Positions 34,930 through 44,099 of a stretch of DNA of 64,000 bases are shown piece after piece; the stretch's first letter is position 1, and each line of letters opens with the position of its first letter. The notes under the pieces are model-generated. The model was not told the DNA's origin, did not search any database, and saw nothing but the letters and a program-made list of their open reading frames with translations. The position numbers and the translations under genes are program-made. The stretch is from Bacteroidales bacterium (GTDB taxonomy: Bacteria > Bacteroidota > Bacteroidia > Bacteroidales > WCHB1-69), in the NCBI GenBank assembly GCA_045132235.1, contig JBGURX010000019.1, positions 5,756-69,755 on the forward strand, given 5' to 3'.

Positions 34930-36201
34930 ATGATAGAGAAAATTTACGAGGCTTTTCTGAGCCATCCCAAAATCTGCACCGACACCCGCAACATACAGGC
35001 TGACAGTCTGTTTTTTTGTTTGAAAGGCGAAAATTTCGACGGCAACACCTTTGCGCTGCAAGCGTTGGAGGCGGGTGCCGCCTACGTGGTCACCAACCGG
35101 CAGGATTTAAGGGGCAATGACCGCTGCTTTGTGGTGGACGACACGTTGGCCACCTTGCAGCAGCTGGCACGGCACCACCGCCACCAGTTCACCATCCCCT
35201 TCATCGGCATCACCGGCACCAACGGCAAAACCACCACCAAGGAGCTGACGGCCCAGGTTTTGCAGACGAAATACCGCGTCACCTTCACCCAAGGCAATCT
35301 CAACAACCACATCGGCGTGCCGCTCACACTGCTCACGGTGAATGCCGACACCGAAATCGCCATCATCGAGATGGGCGCCAACCATCCGGGCGAGATCGCC
35401 GACCTGTGCCGCATCGCCGAGCCCACCCACGGTCTCATCACCAACATCGGCGTAGCCCATATCGAAGGCTTCGGCTCGCCGGAGAACATCGTCAAGACCA
35501 AGCGCGCCTTGTACGAGTCGGTGATGGAACGCAAGGGAACCCTCTTCGTGAACGCCGCCGACCCGGTGCTCACTGGCTGCGCGGGCAGTTACCAGCCGCA
35601 AGTGCGCTACGGCAACACGGCCGACAGCACCTGCCACGGCACCATTACCGACATGAACCCCTGCCTCACCATCGAAGCCGACGGCGTGTCCATCGCCACG
35701 CACCTCACCGGCGAGTACAACCTGAACAACCTGCTCGGCGCAATGGCTGTGGGCAAACACTTCGGCGTCAGCACCGAACAGGCCGCCCAGTCCATTGAAG
35801 CGTACATGCCCAGCAACCACCGCTCACAGATCATCCAGGCCGGCAGCAGTACCATCATCGCCGACTACTACAACGCCAACCCCACCAGCATGACAGCTGC
35901 CCTGCTCAACCTCGCCCATCTCCCCCACCCCGACAAGTACGCCATACTCGGCGACATGCTCGAACTCGGCAGCGTGAGCGAACAGGAGCACCGCAATATC
36001 ATCAGCCTCTGCCATGAGCATCACATCCAGCCCATCTTTGTCGGAGCCATCTTCCACCAACTTGCACCGGAACAAGCATTTGAAAACGTGGAGCAGGCCA
36101 ACCGATACCTTGCCGCCCATCCCATCCACCACTCCATGATTCTCATCAAAGGCTCCAGAGGCATTCATCTTGAAAAAATATCCACAGAGAATTTTCTATA
36201 A
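34930..36201 (+). CDS. murF: UDP-N-acetylmuramoyl-tripeptide--D-alanyl-D-alanine ligase
   Basis: DTRNIQADSLFFCLKGENFDGN, GITGTNGKTTTKE, NNHIGVPLTLL, DYYNANPTSM. Confidence 0.9.
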   Translation: MIEKIYEAFLSHPKICTDTRNIQADSLFFCLKGENFDGNTFALQALEAGAAYVVTNRQDLRGNDRCFVVDDTLATLQQLARHHRHQFTIPFIGITGTNGKTTTKELTAQVLQTKYRVTFTQGNLNNHIGVPLTLLTVNADTEIAIIEMGANHPGEIADLCRIAEPTHGLITNIGVAHIEGFGSPENIVKTKRALYESVMERKGTLFVNAADPVLTGCAGSYQPQVRYGNTADSTCHGTITDMNPCLTIEADGVSIATHLTGEYNLNNLLGAMAVGKHFGVSTEQAAQSIEAYMPSNHRSQIIQAGSSTIIADYYNANPTSMTAALLNLAHLPHPDKYAILGDMLELGSVSEQEHRNIISLCHEHHIQPIFVGAIFHQLAPEQAFENVEQANRYLAAHPIHHSMILIKGSRGIHLEKISTENFL

Positions 36202-36213
36202 CAAGTTATCAAC
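36200..36213. repeat. Left arm of a perfect 14 bp inverted repeat bracketing the DUF6150-like gene
   Basis: AACAAGTTATCAAC. Its exact reverse complement GTTGATAACTTGTT lies at 36585-36598. Confidence 0.9.
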
Positions 36214-36226
36214 CAAAATTTTATCT

Positions 36227-36565
36227 ATGAAAAAAAGGCTTACCCTCTTTATCCTCGCACTCCTCACCGCAGGCTATACGTTTGGACAGACCGTGTATAG
36301 CTGCGACTACAAATACGATGCGGATGTGAAGGTGTATGTAACTGATTACAAATATGATGCAGACCTCGTGGTGTATAAATGCAGCTACAAGTACGATGTC
36401 ACCGGCAACAACGGTCTGTGGTATTTCTGCGACCACAAGTACGACGCGAAAAAGAAAATCTATTTCGTGGACCACAAATACGATGCGGATCTGGTCATCT
36501 ACTTCACCGACTACAAATACGACGCCGGCTGGCGCAAGCAAGAGAAAAAGCACCTCATGTACTGA
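36227..36565 (+). CDS. DUF6150-like small secreted repeat protein (YKYDAD repeats)
   Basis: MKKRLTLFILALLTAGYTFGQ signal peptide, followed by six [YH]KYDA[DK] units. Confidence 0.65.
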   Translation: MKKRLTLFILALLTAGYTFGQTVYSCDYKYDADVKVYVTDYKYDADLVVYKCSYKYDVTGNNGLWYFCDHKYDAKKKIYFVDHKYDADLVIYFTDYKYDAGWRKQEKKHLMY

Positions 36566-36584
36566 GGATTATCAAAAAAAATCT

Positions 36585-36598
36585 GTTGATAACTTGTT
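36585..36598. repeat. Right arm of the 14 bp inverted repeat
   Basis: GTTGATAACTTGTT, the exact reverse complement of 36200-36213. Confidence 0.9.
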
Positions 36599-36630
36599 GA
36601 AAACTCTTCCGTCAGCTGATATCTCTTTTA

Positions 36631-36638
36631 TAACTTTG
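36631..36638 (+). promoter_or_regulatory. Candidate -7 box (TAACTTTG)
   Basis: It lies 33 nt upstream of the ATG at 36671. Confidence 0.45.
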
Positions 36639-36670
36639 TAAATTGGATTTAAAAATGAATATCGCTGATT

Positions 36671-39600
36671 ATGAAGAGATTAATCTTTCAAAGCATTGTC
36701 TTTATCGGACTGGCGTTGGCTTCTATGACGGTCAATGCGCAGCGTCCGTTGAACTATGAATCTCCGCTGCGGCAGTACAACACTGCCATGGAGCTGCTGC
36801 AAAAGCACGAGTACGGCTCCGCGCAGGAGTACTTCCACTACGTTTACGAAAACACCACGGACCAGCAGTATGACATGAAGTCCACCTCCTATTTTTACGA
36901 GGGAGTTTGTGCTGTGAAGCTGAACCACGGGAACGCCCTGTACCTGCTGCGCGACTTCGTGCGGAGGTATCCCATCCACACCCGCGTGCCGGAGGCGTAC
37001 CTGTACATCGCCCGTTCCTACTACTACCAAAAACAGTACAAGAAAGCACTTGAGTATTTCAATGAGCTGGATGAAAGGAAGATAGAAAAAGAAGACCTTG
37101 CAGAATTCTACTTCAAGAAAGGCTACTGTCTGCTGCGCGACAAAGACCGCGACGAAGCCAAATATTATCTGCGGAAAGCCCGCGAGTACGACGGACAGTA
37201 CAAAGACAAGGCCACCTACTACGTGGCGCACCTCGAGTACGAAGAGGGGCAGTATGAAGCCGCATTGGCTGACTTCAACGAAATCAAAGATGTGAAGGAA
37301 TATGCCAACGTGGTGCCCGCCTACATCATGCAGATTCACTTCATGCAGGGTGAATACGAGACCGTGGTGAGAGAGGCCGGCGGTGCCGGCGCGCAAGCCG
37401 GCGACCCCAACGAGCTGAAGCGCATCGTGGGGTTGTCGCACTACAACCTCGGCCACTATCAAGAAGCCTCCAACTATTTCGCACAGATTCTCCAGAAGAA
37501 GTCTGCCAACGATGCCTCCACCTACACCCGTGCCGACCGCTACGCCTTCGGCTACACCTTCTACAAGACCGGCAACTACAGCGAGGCCATCGCACAGCTC
37601 TCGCAGGTGACCGACACCGTGGATGCCATGACGCAGAACGCCTACTACCTCATCGCTGACTGTTTCCTGAAACAGAACAAACTCGCCGATGCCTCCAACT
37701 ACTTCTACGAAGCCTCCAAGATGGAATATTCTGCTGACATTCAAGAAGATGCTTTCTACAACTACGCCAAACTGCAGTATGAGACCGCCAACGCGCTCAA
37801 CCAACAGAAGGCTCTTTCCACCATCGAGGAGTACATCAACCGCTACCCGCACACAGCCCGCGCACAGGAGATGAGCTCCTACCTCGCCTCCATCTACGCC
37901 TCCACCAAGAACTACACCGAAGCCATCAAGGCCATTGAGAAACTCGACAAGAACCACCGCAGTCCGGAGATCCTGCGCTCGTACCAGCGCTGCACGCACT
38001 TCCGTGCCATGGAACTCATCGCCGACAAAAAATACCGCGATGCCGGCAAGATGCTCGACAAGTCGCTGCAGACCCCGCTGGACCAGAACCTGCACCTGTC
38101 GAACCTGTACTGGAAGGCAGAATGCGCCTACCGTGCCGAGCAGTACCGCGATGCCTACAACGCCTTCATGCTGTACCAGAACAGCGACAAGGTGACCGCC
38201 GACGAGAACTATCCGCTTTCGCTCTACTCGCAGGGCTATGCTGCCATGAAGCTTGAAAAGTACAAGGAGGCGCAGAAATCTTTCGATAAATTCTTAACAT
38301 TCTGCAATACAGACAAATATAGCTCATACAAATCTGATGTGTATGCCCGTCTGGGTGACTGTTACTTCATGCAGCGCAACCTCAAATCGGCCATCACCCA
38401 GTATGAGCGCTGCGAACAGCTGAAAGATGCCAACGCCGACTACGCACTTTACCAGCAGGCCGTGTGCCACGGCTACCTGCAGCACAGTGCCAAAAAGGTG
38501 GAACTGCTTGAGAAATTCACCCAGTATTACAGCAAATCCCCCTACATCATTGATGTGGAGTACGAGCTGGCCGGTATCTATCTGACACAGAACCAGTACA
38601 ATCTGGCCATCAACTCCTACAACGACTTCATTCGCAAGCACCCCAAAAGCAACTATGTGCCGAAAGCCTACATCAAGCTGGCGCAGGCGCACCAGAATGC
38701 CGGACAGAACGACAAGGCCATCGAGACCTTCAAGCTGGTGGTGGACCGCTATCCCGGCTCGCAAGAGGCCAAGGAGGCTGTGACCAACCTGCAGGACATC
38801 TACTCGGAGATGGGCCGTCCCGGCGATTTCCTCGACTATGTCACCTCCAAGGGCAACCTCTCCATCTCGCCCGAGCGACAGGACTCCATCACCTACAAGT
38901 CGGCGGAGGCCAAGTTTTTACAGGGCAACTGCGAGATGGCCATCGCCGGTTTCAGCGACTACATCAAGAAATTCCCCAACGGCTTCTTCATCGCCGACGC
39001 CTACTTCAAACGCAGCGAGTGCGAGTACGGCGACCGCAACTACGAGGATGCCTTGAGAGACTGCGAATACCTGCTCAACAACTTCCGCACCGAGAACAAC
39101 GAGATGGCTGCCAAGCGCGCCGCGACCATCCTTTTCAACAAGAAAGAGTACGACCGCGCCATCACCCGTTTCAACGAGCTGCTCACCCTCTCCACCAGCG
39201 AAGAGAACACCTCCTATGCCTACAACGGCATCATGAGATGTGCCTACGAGATGAAGAACTACAAGGAAGCCCTCGAAGGTGCCAAGGGTTACATCGCCTC
39301 CCCCAAGGCCGACCCCGACCTGATGGACGATGCCAACCTCATCGCCGGCAAGTCATCGTTTGAGCTCCGCGACTACAGCGCGGCCATCAAGTACCTGAGC
39401 CCCCTCTCCAAAGCCAGCACCAACAGCACCTCCGCCGAGGCCGCCTACTACTGCGCACTGACCGAGTACAAGCGGGGCGACTACGCCGCCTGCGAGAAGA
39501 AAATCACCGAGATCATCGAGGCACGCTACACCTCCGCCTACTGGATCGCCAGCACCTTCATCCTCTACGGCGACTACTACCAGGCTGTCGGCAACACCTT

Positions 39601-39763
39601 CCAGGCCCGCCACACCTACCAGAGTATCGTGGACAACTACGACGGTGACGACCTGCGGCAGATCGCCCTCGACAGAATCGCCGAGATGGAAGGCACGGCA
39701 AAACCCGCCCAGCCCACCCCCGACAACAACTCCGACGAAGACTCACTCAACCCTGAAGATTAA
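36671..39763 (+). CDS. Large tetratricopeptide repeat protein
   Basis: 1030 aa with a signal peptide. TPR-like A/Y/L periodicity is repeated throughout (for example YEEAL..F..). Confidence 0.75.
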   Translation: MKRLIFQSIVFIGLALASMTVNAQRPLNYESPLRQYNTAMELLQKHEYGSAQEYFHYVYENTTDQQYDMKSTSYFYEGVCAVKLNHGNALYLLRDFVRRYPIHTRVPEAYLYIARSYYYQKQYKKALEYFNELDERKIEKEDLAEFYFKKGYCLLRDKDRDEAKYYLRKAREYDGQYKDKATYYVAHLEYEEGQYEAALADFNEIKDVKEYANVVPAYIMQIHFMQGEYETVVREAGGAGAQAGDPNELKRIVGLSHYNLGHYQEASNYFAQILQKKSANDASTYTRADRYAFGYTFYKTGNYSEAIAQLSQVTDTVDAMTQNAYYLIADCFLKQNKLADASNYFYEASKMEYSADIQEDAFYNYAKLQYETANALNQQKALSTIEEYINRYPHTARAQEMSSYLASIYASTKNYTEAIKAIEKLDKNHRSPEILRSYQRCTHFRAMELIADKKYRDAGKMLDKSLQTPLDQNLHLSNLYWKAECAYRAEQYRDAYNAFMLYQNSDKVTADENYPLSLYSQGYAAMKLEKYKEAQKSFDKFLTFCNTDKYSSYKSDVYARLGDCYFMQRNLKSAITQYERCEQLKDANADYALYQQAVCHGYLQHSAKKVELLEKFTQYYSKSPYIIDVEYELAGIYLTQNQYNLAINSYNDFIRKHPKSNYVPKAYIKLAQAHQNAGQNDKAIETFKLVVDRYPGSQEAKEAVTNLQDIYSEMGRPGDFLDYVTSKGNLSISPERQDSITYKSAEAKFLQGNCEMAIAGFSDYIKKFPNGFFIADAYFKRSECEYGDRNYEDALRDCEYLLNNFRTENNEMAAKRAATILFNKKEYDRAITRFNELLTLSTSEENTSYAYNGIMRCAYEMKNYKEALEGAKGYIASPKADPDLMDDANLIAGKSSFELRDYSAAIKYLSPLSKASTNSTSAEAAYYCALTEYKRGDYAACEKKITEIIEARYTSAYWIASTFILYGDYYQAVGNTFQARHTYQSIVDNYDGDDLRQIALDRIAEMEGTAKPAQPTPDNNSDEDSLNPED

Positions 39764-39783
39764 CCCTGAAAAACATCACAGCA

Positions 39784-41505
39784 ATGAAAAAATATATCGC
39801 AACCGCCATCCTGATACTGGTCGCCTCCTGCCTCAGCGCACAAGTGGACACCTTCTACATCCAGATGAAGTACACCCCCAAGCTGAAGAATTTCAAGAAG
39901 GTCAACGAGAATCCCGACATGACCGACACGGTGACCGAGAAAGTCAAGTTCAACTATTACATCACGCCCCAACGCTACGATGTGACCTTCACCCCCACGC
40001 CCATTGAGTACAACAAAGTGTCGCCCGACATTCAGGAGGTGTTGTACCGCAACTTCCTCAAGGTGGGCTTCGGCTACCCCATCACTCCGCTGCTCGACTT
40101 CTCATTCCACAACCTCCAGACCGACCGCAAGAATCCCAACTCCTTCGGACTCAATGTCCATCATTTCTCCTCGTGGGCCAAACCCATCGGGAAAATCATG
40201 AAACAATACGCTTATTACCCCACCTCAGACACGCGCGTACATCTCAACTACAAGCATTTCTTCAGAAACCAGACGCTCTACAGCGCCATCAACTACAACC
40301 ACGAGGCCGCCCGTTTCTACGGTTTCAAAATCGACCCTGAAAAAGAGTACAACACCGACTCGCTCAAGAACAACTTCCACCATGTGAGCGCCGCCATCGG
40401 CATTGCCTCCAACTACGTTTTGGAAGACCGCAAGCTGAAACAGGATGTACGCCTCGACTACGACTTTCTTTACAACAACTGGAAAGACATGGAGAACCAC
40501 ATCGGTCTCACCTCCTTCTTCGCCTACGACGCCCGCTGGGCCAAGATCACCGGCAGCCAGCTCTACCGCCTCAACCTCAACTTCGACTATTTCAACGATG
40601 ATATGGACTACAGAGGAAGCCGCAATGCATTTCTCTTCAACCCAGAAGTTTACGCCCATTTCACCATCAAAGAGTACCATATTTTACTCGGTGTGGGCGG
40701 CATCGTGAACGCACTGTACGGCAAGGTGGGCGGCACCGCCTACCCCATCGCCGAACTCCAGCTCGGTCTCATCCCCTCCATCCTCAATATTTACGCTGGT
40801 GTGAAGGGCAATTGCGAGTACAACTCCCTCAAAAACCTGCTCTACGAAAACCCCTTCCTGAAACCGCACCTCGACACCGCCGCTTTCACCACCCACTACA
40901 TTAATATATATGGTGGCGTGAAGGGCAACCTCGTCAAAAAACTCAACTACAATCTCTCCGCCCATTACAGCTATGCCAAGAACCTCCAATTCTTTATTCT
41001 TGACACCCTCAGCGAACTCAAAAACCAGTTTGATGTCTGCTATAATGATGGCAATGTGTTGAATGTCAACCTGAACATCGACTACGAAATCCTCTCCAAC
41101 CTGCGCTTTGCCTTCGATGCCAACTATTGGCTTTATGTACTGAAAGACAAGGCTGTACCCTACCACAAACCCATGCTCGAATTCCGCTTCGACGGTCAAT
41201 ACACCCTCAAAGAGAAATTTGTGTTCGACGTGAACTTCAACCTCGGCTTCCTGAGCAAAGGCTTGGGATTTGATGCCAAGAAAGGCTACTGGACGGCTGT
41301 GAACATGAAGCCCACTCTCGACTTCGGCATCGGTTTCGAGTATCTCATCAACAACCATTTCTCGGCCTTCGCCACCGTGAACAACATCGGCTGCCAGTAC
41401 TACTCGAAATACTACGATTTCCGCAACATGGGCATCAACGCGCTGGTCGGCGTGAAATACTCGTTCGGCAACGAGAGCATCCGCAAACCGAAGAAAAGAA
41501 AATAA
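39784..41505 (+). CDS. Putative porin / outer membrane beta-barrel protein
   Basis: Signal peptide, beta-strand alternation throughout, and a C-terminal VGVKYSF strand. It probably forms an operon with the TPR gene. Confidence 0.6.
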   Translation: MKKYIATAILILVASCLSAQVDTFYIQMKYTPKLKNFKKVNENPDMTDTVTEKVKFNYYITPQRYDVTFTPTPIEYNKVSPDIQEVLYRNFLKVGFGYPITPLLDFSFHNLQTDRKNPNSFGLNVHHFSSWAKPIGKIMKQYAYYPTSDTRVHLNYKHFFRNQTLYSAINYNHEAARFYGFKIDPEKEYNTDSLKNNFHHVSAAIGIASNYVLEDRKLKQDVRLDYDFLYNNWKDMENHIGLTSFFAYDARWAKITGSQLYRLNLNFDYFNDDMDYRGSRNAFLFNPEVYAHFTIKEYHILLGVGGIVNALYGKVGGTAYPIAELQLGLIPSILNIYAGVKGNCEYNSLKNLLYENPFLKPHLDTAAFTTHYINIYGGVKGNLVKKLNYNLSAHYSYAKNLQFFILDTLSELKNQFDVCYNDGNVLNVNLNIDYEILSNLRFAFDANYWLYVLKDKAVPYHKPMLEFRFDGQYTLKEKFVFDVNFNLGFLSKGLGFDAKKGYWTAVNMKPTLDFGIGFEYLINNHFSAFATVNNIGCQYYSKYYDFRNMGINALVGVKYSFGNESIRKPKKRK

Positions 41506-41517
41506 CCTGACGGCACG

Positions 41518-41940
41518 ATGGAGACCCGAATGGAATTGTGGGAGCTGGACCACGAGGGATACCACCTTGTGGTCAACGGAAAGCTGCAAGGGCAGCCCGT
41601 GCGCATGCTGATTGACACGGGAGCCAACTACAGCTGTTTCGACCGCAACTTTCTTGAAAGCATCGGCACTGAGCACCCCACCGTTACCGGCCACGACGAG
41701 ATCAATGTGGGCATCGGCGGCAACGATTTCGAGACCTACATCACAGAGGTGAATGGATTCCAGATCGGACGCACCAAATTCCCCACCATGGAGGCTCGCG
41801 CGTTAGACCTGACCGCCATCGGCGAGATGTACGAGTCGGTGGGGTTCCATCCCATACAAGGCATACTTGGCGGCGATTTCCTGCGGAGGCACGAAGCAGT
41901 CATCAACTACAACACTTTGAAATTGTCATTGAAAAAATAA
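41518..41940 (+). CDS. Retropepsin-like (clan AA) aspartic protease
   Basis: LIDTGANYSCF catalytic motif in a 140 aa single-lobe protein, and ILGGDFLRRH near the C-terminus. Confidence 0.7.
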   Translation: METRMELWELDHEGYHLVVNGKLQGQPVRMLIDTGANYSCFDRNFLESIGTEHPTVTGHDEINVGIGGNDFETYITEVNGFQIGRTKFPTMEARALDLTAIGEMYESVGFHPIQGILGGDFLRRHEAVINYNTLKLSLKK

Positions 41941-41944
41941 CGCC

Positions 41945-42523
41945 ATGCCCAGCGAAAGCCTCACCGAACACACCATTCTCGGCATCGACCCCGGCACCAA
42001 CGTCATGGGGTACGCCATTTTGCAAATGCACGTGCGCAACAGCAGCATCGTGAAAATCGGGGTGGTGAAGATGCCGCGCACCGCCGACCAGAACACCAAG
42101 CTGACCACCATTTACGAGCACACCCAGCAGCTGATTACGACCTATCATCCTGACATATTGGCCATTGAGGAGCCGTTTTACGGAAAGAACCCGCAGTCGA
42201 TGCTGAAGTTGGGCCGTGCGCAGGGCGTGGTGATGGGGGCCTGTCTGCACGCCGGTCTGGAGGTATTCGAGTACACCCCGCGTCGGGTGAAACAGGCCAT
42301 CACGGGCAAGGGCGGGGCCTCGAAAGAACAGGTGGCCGCCATGCTGCACCGCATGTACAATTTCACCAACGAGACCAACCTCTTGGATGCCACCGACGCG
42401 CTGGCCGTGGCCGTGTGCCATCACCTACAAAACCGCGTCAGCTTCGGCGAGGGCGGCAAGGCAAAAGCCAACAGCTGGGCAGCCTTCCTCACCCAGAATC
42501 AAGATAGGATTATTAGGGGGTAA
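41945..42523 (+). CDS. ruvC: Crossover junction endodeoxyribonuclease RuvC
   Basis: ILGIDPGTNVMGYAIL, LAIEEPFYGKNPQSMLKLGRAQGV, DATDALAVAVCH. Confidence 0.9.
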   Translation: MPSESLTEHTILGIDPGTNVMGYAILQMHVRNSSIVKIGVVKMPRTADQNTKLTTIYEHTQQLITTYHPDILAIEEPFYGKNPQSMLKLGRAQGVVMGACLHAGLEVFEYTPRRVKQAITGKGGASKEQVAAMLHRMYNFTNETNLLDATDALAVAVCHHLQNRVSFGEGGKAKANSWAAFLTQNQDRIIRG

Positions 42524-42532
42524 AACTCCAAC

Positions 42533-43087
42533 TTAGACTTTCACCACAAACGGGAACTTGTCTATCTCGGCCAACACCTGCTGGGCACCTTTGTCGATCA
42601 GTTCGTGCAAAGGCGTGGTCGTACCGGCCACAGTCACTTCGCGGTTCAGGCATTTCGACAGCTCTTTCTGGAGCAGAACGGCCGTTGCGGGCGGGCAGGT
42701 CGCAAAGATGCCATCTCGGAAAATGTCAGCGGCCACCTCTATGGCAAGCCCTGACAATATCTCTTTGATTCCGGTTGTGATGGCATCCATATCGGTCGGG
42801 AGAGAACGGTGGGCACTGTAGCCGCCGAGGGCCAGCACACCGATTTCCGTGCGTTCTTCCTCCATGCAGACCACCATTTTGGCGTCGGGCGAGAGCACAT
42901 CGATGCCCATACCCGCCGCCACGGCGGTGAGTTTGTGGATGCGGTACACATTTTCTACGCCGGCTTCCTTCCATGTATCGGCCATGGCATCGGAATCAGC
43001 GCGGTTCATGCCCAAGGGTTCCACCAAGCAGACGGCTTTGGGCTGGGTGGTTTCTTCAAGAATGAAAAGGGGGATGTGGGGGTTCAT
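42533..43087 (-). CDS. Hypothetical protein, possibly a truncated and degenerate actin/MreB-like fold
   Basis: 184 aa with native GC content. By eye, KLTAVAAGMGIDV resembles the EEPMAAAIGAGLPV region of MreB. MVVCMEEERTEIGVLALGG resembles MVVDIGGGTTEVAVISLNG. IFATCPPATAVLLQKELSKCL resembles [17 protein letters not shown]. This is from memory and not verified. Confidence 0.5.
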   Translation of the reverse strand: MNPHIPLFILEETTQPKAVCLVEPLGMNRADSDAMADTWKEAGVENVYRIHKLTAVAAGMGIDVLSPDAKMVVCMEEERTEIGVLALGGYSAHRSLPTDMDAITTGIKEILSGLAIEVAADIFRDGIFATCPPATAVLLQKELSKCLNREVTVAGTTTPLHELIDKGAQQVLAEIDKFPFVVKV

Positions 43088-43133
43088 GATATGGTATTTT
43101 TAAGAAATATATTAGTTTTCAGAAATCACGATG

Positions 43134-43754
43134 CTATTTCAAAAACTTTTTTATAATTGGGATATACTCATAATTTGTCCTGCTTGGATGTAGCATTCTC
43201 AAACACTTGATTTCACGTCTGCCAATTTTATATGCACCGACCAATTCCTCATGTCCGTTCGCACGTATCGGATGCTCTTGTTCAGATAGCCAATTATCTT
43301 TAGGAAGCCACTTCCACAGCATGTGCCCACATACAATTATTCGGTCAGGTTTAACTTCTTTTATGACTTCGAAAAAAGGCTCAACTGACTTTTCAATATC
43401 CTCTCCACACGGGCGTTCTCCTACTTTCCTATTAGCATTTTGAATAAAATTGTAAAAAACAATAGAGTCCCAAAAATCACGAATAGCTGTTTTCTCGGGA
43501 CGAATAAGATTTGTAAGTTTTACATAGGTGACATTGTTTTTAGGATTTTCGCCCTTTCCATCTTGATAATCGAGAAAAGAATTTACCACATTCTTTGTGA
43601 ACTCTTTTTGTTCAGGGCAGTCCTTAATATTACATTTTGGACATGATTTTTTACAATAATGAGACTCACCCAAAATCAATATCTTTTTATCAAAAACACT
43701 TTGCTTTTTACTATAGTTTTTACCTATCCACGGCTTAAAGAACACACTTTCCAT
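43134..43754 (-). CDS. Hypothetical protein, uracil-DNA-glycosylase-superfamily-like, in an AT-rich islet
   Basis: 206 aa. ILILGESHY sits near the N-terminus (in the position of the GE[AS]PG motif) and MLHPSRTNY near the C-terminus (in the position of the HPS motif). A Cys cluster CKKSCPKCNIKDC is present. The gene is markedly AT-rich compared with its neighbours. Confidence 0.5.
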   Translation of the reverse strand: MESVFFKPWIGKNYSKKQSVFDKKILILGESHYCKKSCPKCNIKDCPEQKEFTKNVVNSFLDYQDGKGENPKNNVTYVKLTNLIRPEKTAIRDFWDSIVFYNFIQNANRKVGERPCGEDIEKSVEPFFEVIKEVKPDRIIVCGHMLWKWLPKDNWLSEQEHPIRANGHEELVGAYKIGRREIKCLRMLHPSRTNYEYIPIIKKFLK

Positions 43755-43851
43755 ATTAAAATTATTTTTAAAAGGACTTCTGATTATTTTTTTTCCACCA
43801 TACCTCCAGACCCTGCGAAGTCCATTAAACAGAATCTGAAATTATGGAGTG

Positions 43852-43859
43852 CAAAGTTA
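43852..43859 (-). promoter_or_regulatory. Candidate -7 box for the UDG-like gene
   Basis: The plus strand reads CAAAGTTA, which is TAACTTTG on the minus strand. It lies 98 nt upstream of the ATG at 43754. Confidence 0.4.
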
Positions 43860-43901
43860 ATCATTTTCATTCATCATTTTTCACCGGCAAAAATAATAAA
43901 A

Positions 43902-43926
43902 AACTATGTCAAAGCGTGACATAGTT
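43902..43926. terminator. Bidirectional terminator-like hairpin
   Basis: Perfect 10 bp stem AACTATGTCA-AAGCG-TGACATAGTT. An A run lies upstream and CCATTTTTTT lies downstream. Confidence 0.6.
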
Positions 43927-44001
43927 CCATTTTTTCTAAATTCTATCACACTGCCAGTTTTTCCGCGGCAAACACACTGTCAGGTACTATTCACCCCTAT
44001 G

Positions 44002-44099
44002 CGTGCCGCGGGGATGCACACGAGCCATCGCCAACCCCAGACAGCGTCCGCTACGCGGCCTTGTCTGGGGTTACTAAGATATCACCCCTACGGGGTGAA
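44002..44099 (+). repeat. Two-hairpin intergenic element, copy B
   Basis: CGTGCCGCGGGGATGCACACGAGCCATCGCCAACCCCAGACAGCGTCCGCTACGCGGCCTTGTCTGGGGTTACTAAGATATCACCCCTACGGGGTGAA. The hairpins are AACCCCAGACA/TGTCTGGGGTT (44033-44072) and TCACCCC-TAC-GGGGTGA (44082-44098). Confidence 0.7.

Noticed and set aside
36671-39763. Calling the 1030 aa TPR protein PorW/SprE (a T9SS component).
   Set aside because: It has no lipobox cysteine after the signal peptide, I could verify no specific motif, and large TPR proteins are common. I kept it as a generic TPR protein.
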